A stretch of 6,627 nucleotides of DNA from IMG/VR virus record IMGVR_UViG_3300011563_000040, one strand, 5' to 3'. The DNA is from a virus. Shown one piece after another: positions 1 through 4,337 of the stretch. The notes below the pieces were generated by a model. The model worked only from the letters and a program-made list of their open reading frames with translations, had not been told where the DNA came from and ran no database searches. The translations under genes were made by a program, and so were the position numbers. Every line of letters starts with the position of its first letter. Positions within the stretch are counted from its first letter, which is position 1.

Positions 1-123
1 ATACCTATTTTGATTTCTTAAAATCATCTGAACGTATAGAAGAATATTTTTCTCGCTCTATTTTTTATAATGAAATTATTGAACGAGTTAACAATGAACA
101 TAATTTAAAACTAAATAAAGTTC
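1..123. repeat. Terminal redundancy, left copy (identical to 6505-6627); signature of a linearised circle
   Basis: Base-by-base comparison: ATACCTATTTTGATTTCTTAAAATC...CTAAATAAAGTTC appears at both ends with an offset of 6504. Confidence 0.9.
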
Positions 124-1214
124 GTCCTGTTAGAACAATTTATACAAATATTGCTGGGCTTGAAATTGACACGATTCGACCGATTCCCGCTGATGCTGAT
201 TGGCGTAAATTACCTGACGGCTCATTTGTTGTTTATGATGAAATTCAGAATATTCCTGTTTTCTCATCTGAATCTCGTGCAGTTGATCCGATTGTTAAAG
301 ACTTAACAATACATCGTCATCGTGGCTTTGATATTGTCGGTATTACACAGTTTCCGGATCTTGTTCATAAGACCTTTCGTGCTGTTACTGGTCACCATAG
401 ACATCTAGTTAATTCTTTCGGTCTTAAGCGATCTACTCAATATGAATGGTCAACTGTAAAGATTGATCCTAACGCTTTTAAAAATAAAGCGACTGCCGAA
501 GTTAAATCGACTTTTGTATTCCCTAGTGATCTTTATAAATATTATCGTTCTTCAACTGCTCATACACATAAACGCCGATTGCCTTGGCGTTTTATCATGA
601 TTTTAACGTCTGTCTTAATTGCATGTATTGCTTTATTTACTTGTTCATTTTCAAAAGAAAATAATGTCGTTAGACAGATTGCTACAGGTACGCCACATCA
701 AAATAAAACAACAGAAAAAACAGATTCTAAAACTTCTGCACAGGGTCAGAGTTCAACAGTGCATTCAAATCTTGATATTGAATGTCGTAAAGCTGCTAAT
801 GTTGAAAAACCTGAATGTGTCGCATGGTTTGAGAATCTTACAGTTAATCGCGGTTCCATTACTGGAGCTAATCCACAGACTGTTCAAATCTCATATAATC
901 CGAGTAAGCCTTTTGATGATTCTGGCATTCAGCCGAACATTAACTATGAAGTTACGGCAAAACCTGTATTTGCCGGTTGTATGAAGAAAGGCAATAAATA
1001 TGTTGCATACACTCAGCAGGGAACAATTCTGAATGATGTCTCCAGTAGCGACTGTAAAAGATTAATTGAAAACGGTGATAGACCTTTTAATTACTTTCAG
1101 CAGCCACAGCAACATCTACAAGCACAACAACAACCAACACAAGAAAAACTTACATCACTAGATGCAGAGTTTTTATCTAAATATCAGCAAGCTAAAGCAG
1201 AGGGCTTAATATGA
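1..1214 (+). CDS. zot: Zot / pI-family assembly ATPase, C-terminal part (codon phase starts at base 3; 5' part at 6276..6504)
   Basis: Frame 3 is open from base 3. It translates ...GSFVVYDEIQNIP (Walker B-like hhhhDE) and ...DLTIHRHRGFDIVGITQ (the HRH..D....TQ motif typical of the Zot family). A basic stretch HKRRLPWR follows, then one TM segment (FIMILTSVLIACIALFTCSF) and a periplasmic domain of about 190 aa with a Q-rich tail. The track start at 579 (TTG) is only the first start-like codon of a longer ORF. Confidence 0.85.
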   Translation, partial: TYFDFLKSSERIEEYFSRSIFYNEIIERVNNEHNLKLNKVRPVRTIYTNIAGLEIDTIRPIPADADWRKLPDGSFVVYDEIQNIPVFSSESRAVDPIVKDLTIHRHRGFDIVGITQFPDLVHKTFRAVTGHHRHLVNSFGLKRSTQYEWSTVKIDPNAFKNKATAEVKSTFVFPSDLYKYYRSSTAHTHKRRLPWRFIMILTSVLIACIALFTCSFSKENNVVRQIATGTPHQNKTTEKTDSKTSAQGQSSTVHSNLDIECRKAANVEKPECVAWFENLTVNRGSITGANPQTVQISYNPSKPFDDSGIQPNINYEVTAKPVFAGCMKKGNKYVAYTQQGTILNDVSSSDCKRLIENGDRPFNYFQQPQQHLQAQQQPTQEKLTSLDAEFLSKYQQAKAEGLI

Positions 1215-1480
1215 AAATTTTTTTATACATTATTGCGGGCTTGATATTCTCTATTTCACTTTTAGCTCTTATACCTTTTGTTCTCTATTGGCTCTCTCAA
1301 TTTGTTTATTTTATTGGAGAACTATTTGATACTTATTGCAGTTATTTAGCTCACTATTTTGAACAAGACTTTGTTGAAATGATTGCCTCTTTTTCTGTGG
1401 TATTTTTCATTCTTTCTTTTCTTGCTTTTATATTTGCTTTAATCGAAATATTTTCTGAGCTTCCTGATAGAGCATCTTAA
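1211..1480 (+). CDS. Hypothetical small integral membrane protein (89 aa, two strongly hydrophobic segments)
   Basis: The ATG overlaps the zot stop (ATATGA), which suggests translational coupling. Hydrophobic stretches are at roughly residues 3-27 and 58-80. It is the last gene of the + strand operon. Its stop codon sits in the loop of an 18-bp palindrome. Confidence 0.6.
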   Translation: MKIFLYIIAGLIFSISLLALIPFVLYWLSQFVYFIGELFDTYCSYLAHYFEQDFVEMIASFSVVFFILSFLAFIFALIEIFSELPDRAS

Positions 1481-1514
1481 GATGCTCATAAGCTTTTTAA
1501 CAAAAAAAGCTTAT
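1470..1514 (+). other. Two abutting perfect hairpins/palindromes (candidate packaging signal, minus-strand origin or atypical terminator)
   Basis: 1470-1487 GAGCATCTTAAGATGCTC is a perfect 18-bp palindrome. 1488-1498 ATAAGCTTTTT pairs perfectly with 1504-1514 AAAAAGCTTAT (11-bp stem, 5-nt loop AACAA). No T-tract follows. Confidence 0.4.
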
Positions 1515-1730
1515 CGGTCTGCTATGTAATGAAGAACACTAGAAGAAAAATATTAAGTGAGTGTCTACGAACTGACACAATGACAATATGAATATTTCCC
1601 CCTCTGATTACGCTTTTGCTTTTACTGGATGTATTAATGAATAATTGTTTTTTCTGTGGAATTTTCAAATTACTACTTATTATTGCTTTAATTATAGGTT
1701 TATTTTATTGGCTTTTTTCTTATTAGATTG

Positions 1731-1829
1731 ATTTCGCATAATGTAGTCCAGATTATGTTACATAGCCGATTTGCAACTATCTCCAGAGCAAATCGGCGTG
1801 ATTTAACATCAATCTGCATTATGCGAAAT
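1731..1829 (+). other. CTXphi-type attP: two inverted dif-like XerC/XerD sites that fold into a forked ssDNA hairpin
   Basis: Site A, + orientation: ATTTCGCATAA (1731-1741), TGTAGTCCAGA (11 nt), TTATGTTACAT (1753-1763). Site B, reverse complement of 1801-1829: ATTTCGCATAA, TGCAGAT (7 nt), TGATGTTAAAT. Intrastrand pairing: 1731-1743 with 1817-1829 (13 bp), a 5-nt bulge, 1749-1754 with 1811-1816, 1755-1760 with 1804-1809, 1762-1763 with 1801-1802, then an inner perfect 10-bp stem GCCGATTTGC (1765-1774) with GCAAATCGGC (1788-1797) and a 13-nt loop. The arms match the gammaproteobacterial dif consensus (E. coli dif GGTGCGCATAA-TGTATA-TTATGTTAAAT). Confidence 0.7.
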
Positions 1830-1888
1830 CGACAATGCCGACGCACGCGAGGAGCTTCGACGAGTGTAAGGAGGCATGGGAGAGGATA

Positions 1889-1934
1889 GGGCACACTGCT
1901 ATCTAATAGTGTGCCTGACTCCGGAATTTCGGAG
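1889..1934 (+). promoter_or_regulatory. Candidate (+)-strand rolling-circle origin: nick-site hairpin plus an adjacent palindrome
   Basis: GGCACACT (1890-1897) pairs with AGTGTGCC (1908-1915) around the loop GCTATCTAAT. The loop/stem junction reads CTAATAGTG, sharing the 8-mer TAATAGTG with the Ff origin nick region GTTCTTT/AATAGTGGACT, which sits in a similar hairpin. A second inverted repeat, CTCCG-GAATTT-CGGAG (1919-1934), follows, analogous to the Ff GTTCCAAACTGGAAC repeat. The surrounding 1830-1960 is visibly more GC-rich than the rest of the genome. Confidence 0.45.
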
Positions 1935-1964
1935 AAATCTAATATTCGGCGTCGATATATATAA

Positions 1965-2171
1965 TTAATCGGCTTTTTTTATTTCTTCGATATATTTAGT
2001 TACATCTTTTGCCTTTATATCATTTAAGTGCTTATAAATTAAGGCATTTATTATATCTGCTTCCTCAATTCTTTCTTTAGTTTCAATAATAAAATCTAAT
2101 GATTTCTCTTTAATTCCCTCTACAAATTCACCGCGGATACGGTAAGTTTTTGATAAGTCTGATTTTTTCAT
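1965..2171 (-). CDS. Small divergent transcriptional regulator, possibly ribbon-helix-helix type (68 aa from the second Met); candidate phage repressor
   Basis: It is the only well-supported minus-strand ORF and is divergent from rep, as rstR is in CTXphi. AGGTG lies 4 nt upstream of the ATG at 2171; the track start at 2186 has no Shine-Dalgarno sequence. The sequence MKKSDLSKTYRIRGEFVEGIKEKSLDF..EADIINALIYKHL fits a short N-terminal beta strand followed by two helices. Confidence 0.55.
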   Translation of the reverse strand: MKKSDLSKTYRIRGEFVEGIKEKSLDFIIETKERIEEADIINALIYKHLNDIKAKDVTKYIEEIKKAD

Positions 2172-2280
2172 GCAACACCTGAACATTGTTTACTGTGATA
2201 TTGTTATTTTGTCATACGTTGCGTTGTTACGTGTGATTCTGTTATATTTCTGTTAAATAGTTGCATGTGATGTTGTTGCA
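2172..2280. promoter_or_regulatory. Divergent control region with three direct repeats TGTGAT-NN-YGTT (candidate operators or iterons) and a possible rep promoter
   Basis: TGTGATATTGTT (2194-2205), TGTGATTCTGTT (2232-2243) and TGTGATGTTGTT (2266-2277), each preceded by a GTT(T)AC or GTTGCA-like element. The possible promoter is TTGCGT (2219-2224), an 18-nt spacer, then TATATT (2243-2248). The third repeat ends 3 nt before the rep ATG. Confidence 0.45.
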
Positions 2281-3501
2281 ATGCTCGATCATTTACGTTT
2301 AGCAGTTCCGATTCATCAGGCTTATGTCAGAAGTATTGACAATCACCATTTCTTTAATGGTGATTTGCTTGATTACGATCTTCCTGCGGCAACTAGACAT
2401 GTAAGTAAAACTGATGAGGGGGAAACGATAACAGGGGAGTTGTATCACCCTTATGAGTCTATCCCTAGTTCTTATACAGATATGGCAATGAAATTCTTTG
2501 CTAATACGATGAATGCAATGCCATATGTTGAGATTAAAGCTTCTCCGCTTAAGTTGCTTCAAGGCCATAACGTTTTTGGTTTTGAATGTATCAAGTTAGG
2601 TGCTACTGAGATGCTTGGCATGCTTATAGATTCATATCCTAAGTTATGCGGAATCTTGGATTTTGAGAACATTGAGGTCTTACACCTTGATACAACGTAT
2701 TTAACACGTTTACCTCATCAGAACATGGTTCAGCCAGTTCTTGATTATTTAGCTAATGTTTCAGCTGGGCATCGCAAAGCTAAGCAAGTTAAGTATTCAA
2801 ACTATATTACGTGGGGCAACGAAGATGGACGTTATATCCGCCCTAAAGCCTATGGCAAATTTGAAGAGTTAAAAGCCCAGTTACATAAAGTCCAGAAACA
2901 AGCGGACAAGGGCTGTATGCGTTCTAAAGCATTAGTTATTGCAATGCACGATGTTATGAAGTTTGCAAACGCAACTGTGCGTTTTGAAGCCCGTATTTGT
3001 AAAACTTATTTAGCTAAAAACGGGTATCCAACGAATCTCTGGAAATTAATTGATTTACAGCAGGAACAACCAGATCTGCTTCTTAAATTATGGCATGTAG
3101 CGTTTGACCCGATTTTAAATACGCTAAAGGGTGAGAGTATGAATTTTTCAAGTGATGGTGATGTATTAGACCTTCTGCGTTCCAAGCTTTATAAAATTAC
3201 TAAATCAGGTAAGACCAGTTATACGAAGGCTGATAATGCTTTCAAATTTTATTGCTTACTGCGTCAGATCGGTTGGGAACAGATTAAAGAAATCTATAAA
3301 GAGTCTACGTTCTATGACAACGTTAATGCTCTTAAAGATGCAGGACTACCCAAAGCTCATTTACAGAATCTTCATAAGAATCCTAACGGTACAGTCATTC
3401 CATTTGTTCGTCTTGTTGAAATTAAGTTTCAAGAACAGTTGCCACCAGATTATCAAATTCCAGTTTCTAGATATGCCGAAAGAATCGGTTTAGTTGCCTA
3501 A
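2281..3501 (+). CDS. Rolling-circle replication initiator (gpII / RstA-like phage replication protein), 406 aa
   Basis: This is the largest non-structural ORF. It lies immediately upstream of an approximately 89-aa ssDNA-binding candidate, in the canonical inovirus position. The N-terminus MLDHLRLAVPI and the segments KAYGKFEEL and VRFEARICKTYL resemble, from memory, motifs of phage gene II/X and CRI-type replication proteins. This is not verified by any search. Confidence 0.75.
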   Translation: MLDHLRLAVPIHQAYVRSIDNHHFFNGDLLDYDLPAATRHVSKTDEGETITGELYHPYESIPSSYTDMAMKFFANTMNAMPYVEIKASPLKLLQGHNVFGFECIKLGATEMLGMLIDSYPKLCGILDFENIEVLHLDTTYLTRLPHQNMVQPVLDYLANVSAGHRKAKQVKYSNYITWGNEDGRYIRPKAYGKFEELKAQLHKVQKQADKGCMRSKALVIAMHDVMKFANATVRFEARICKTYLAKNGYPTNLWKLIDLQQEQPDLLLKLWHVAFDPILNTLKGESMNFSSDGDVLDLLRSKLYKITKSGKTSYTKADNAFKFYCLLRQIGWEQIKEIYKESTFYDNVNALKDAGLPKAHLQNLHKNPNGTVIPFVRLVEIKFQEQLPPDYQIPVSRYAERIGLVA

Positions 3502-3513
3502 GAGGTTAAGCAA

Positions 3514-3783
3514 ATGCAAGTTCAATTTAATAAACGTTCGATTTCACCATCTGTATTTAAAAAAGATGACAAGATTTATTTCAGCACAACAGTATTTTCG
3601 CCAGTTCGCTATAACTTGAATTTTGGTGAAGGAATGATGCCAGTTGAACAGATGAAATCTGTTCTGGAGCAGTGTGCTGAAAATGCTCAGGATGTCGAAA
3701 TTGAATTTACTGAGTCACAAACTAAGTTTGGCCCAGTTATGCAAATTTTCAGTGTTAAGCCGTTGCCGAAGAAACAGCCATGA
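3514..3783 (+). CDS. Probable ssDNA-binding protein (gpV / RstB positional analogue), 89 aa
   Basis: AGAGG lies 8 nt upstream of the ATG. The size is close to Ff gpV (87 aa), and the ORF sits directly after rep. The call rests on position and size only. Confidence 0.5.
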   Translation: MQVQFNKRSISPSVFKKDDKIYFSTTVFSPVRYNLNFGEGMMPVEQMKSVLEQCAENAQDVEIEFTESQTKFGPVMQIFSVKPLPKKQP

Positions 3784-3968
3784 CAAAAAACGAACTTCAA
3801 GAGATTCATGAAATTGTTACTGGCTTAAATAAAGCCCAGGTACATATTCAATATATGTTAGCTAACCATCATGAGTCTTTTATAGATAAATCGTCTTTAC
3901 GTGGTTTGCAAAATGATCTGCAAGTTCAGATCGACAAATTAAATAAGCTATGTAAAACAGATACTTAA
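3780..3968 (+). CDS. Hypothetical 62-aa helical protein (ATGA overlap with the upstream ORF)
   Basis: ATG at 3780 overlaps the TGA at 3781-3783, suggesting translational coupling. The protein is soluble, charged and coiled-coil-like (..LQNDLQVQIDKLNKL..). It is the last gene of the replication module, just before the third dif-like site. Confidence 0.55.
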   Translation: MTKNELQEIHEIVTGLNKAQVHIQYMLANHHESFIDKSSLRGLQNDLQVQIDKLNKLCKTDT

Positions 3969-3976
3969 TATACACT

Positions 3977-4004
3977 ATTTCGCATAATGTATAATATGTT
4001 AAAA
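3977..4004 (+). other. Third dif-like XerC/XerD site with a canonical 6-bp central region
   Basis: ATTTCGCATAA-TGTATA-ATATGTTAAAA matches E. coli dif (GGTGCGCATAA-TGTATA-TTATGTTAAAT) at 23 of 28 positions. The first 15 nt (ATTTCGCATAATGTA) are identical to 1731-1745. It lies in the intergenic gap between the replication and structural modules. Confidence 0.65.
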
Positions 4005-4030
4005 ATCAATAACTTACGGTAATAATTAAT

Positions 4031-4129
4031 ATGACACAGTTTATGTATAAGTGCAAGAAGTGTGGCAAACAGTTCAGCATACATGCTCAATACTGTGTCC
4101 ATTTTTATAACTGTACTAAGAGAATTTAA
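4031..4129 (+). CDS. Candidate 32-aa cysteine-rich mini-protein with a zinc-finger-like motif (not in the ORF track)
   Basis: The translation is MTQFMYKCKKCGKQFSIHAQYCVHFYNCTKRI, which contains Y-x-C-x2-C-x3-F-x5-Y-x2-H-x3-C. Its stop (4127-4129) lies 3 nt before the ATG of the next ORF (4133), which has no well-spaced Shine-Dalgarno sequence of its own; this is consistent with coupling. There is no clear Shine-Dalgarno sequence before 4031. Confidence 0.35.
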   Translation: MTQFMYKCKKCGKQFSIHAQYCVHFYNCTKRI

Positions 4130-4132
4130 GGA

Positions 4133-4324
4133 ATGGCAAGCATCTGTGAAATTGTCGAAGAGAGCACAAATGCCTGCCTTAAATGGGTCGAATACAAGTC
4201 TGTAATCGACCAGTTAGCAATCACAAAGGATGATGCTCTCATTATCTTAACACCGATAGCGGGTATCTACGTCCTTTTGATTGGGTGGTCTTTCATTATG
4301 CTCATCTACCACCAGAGCAAATAA
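4133..4324 (+). CDS. Small membrane-anchored protein (63 aa, C-terminal TM); candidate minor virion or morphogenesis protein
   Basis: An acidic N-terminal half is followed by the hydrophobic segment LIILTPIAGIYVLLIGWSFIMLIY. It sits immediately upstream of the major coat gene, the slot that gVII/gIX occupy in Ff. Confidence 0.55.
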   Translation: MASICEIVEESTNACLKWVEYKSVIDQLAITKDDALIILTPIAGIYVLLIGWSFIMLIYHQSK

Positions 4325-4337
4325 AAGGAAAATCCTC

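Noticed and set aside
1-123. Terminal repeats interpreted as transposon or LTR-type ends, or as a biological direct repeat
   Set aside because: The repeats lie inside a continuous ORF (zot) that reads through the junction in frame. This fits a linearised circle or an assembly overlap, not element termini.
619-984. 121-aa + strand ORF in an alternative frame inside zot
   Set aside because: It is fully embedded in the Zot-family ORF, whose frame carries the recognisable motifs and TM segment. The translation is Leu/Ile/Lys/His-rich, as expected from out-of-frame AT-rich sequence.
1488-1514. The 11-bp-stem hairpin interpreted as a rho-independent terminator
   Set aside because: The stem is AT-rich and no T-tract follows on either strand. 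I kept it as a candidate ssDNA structural element instead.
1700-1894. 64-aa minus-strand ORF from the track (GTG start)
   Set aside because: It runs straight through the dif-like hairpin (1731-1829) and into the origin-like hairpin. It has no Shine-Dalgarno sequence, and its composition is Arg/Cys-rich and low-complexity. The structured noncoding DNA explains this region better.
1868-1968. Perfect AAGGAGG (1868-1874) followed by an ATG at 1876 and a 30-codon ORF
   Set aside because: Only 1 nt separates the Shine-Dalgarno sequence from the ATG, which is too short. The ORF spans both origin-like palindromes and ends inside the convergent regulator gene. I treat it as a chance ORF in structured DNA.
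2172-2186. Upstream Met (MFRCC...) of the minus-strand regulator
   Set aside because: There is no Shine-Dalgarno sequence before it, whereas the second ATG (2171) is preceded by AGGTG. The choice remains uncertain.
2299-2568. 89-aa minus-strand ORF
   Set aside because: It lies entirely antisense within the rep gene, has no start context, and has a basic low-complexity composition. It is probably a shadow ORF.
3236-3493. 85-aa + strand ORF in an alternative frame at the 3' end of rep
   Set aside because: It is embedded in rep in another frame, with no ribosome-binding site. I cannot rule out a gX-style overlapping gene, but Ff gX is in frame with gII and this ORF is not.
3985-3997. Consensus TATAAT (3990-3995) as the -10 box of the structural-operon promoter
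   Set aside because: It lies inside the dif-like site, and I could not find an acceptable -35 hexamer at 16-19 bp spacing. It may simply reflect the dif spacer/arm sequence.
4281-4337. N-terminal extension of the coat ORF (track start at 4281, TTG)
   Set aside because: The extension overlaps the 3' end of the preceding 63-aa ORF and has no Shine-Dalgarno sequence. The ATG at 4338 has AAGGAA at ideal spacing and yields a sensible signal peptide.
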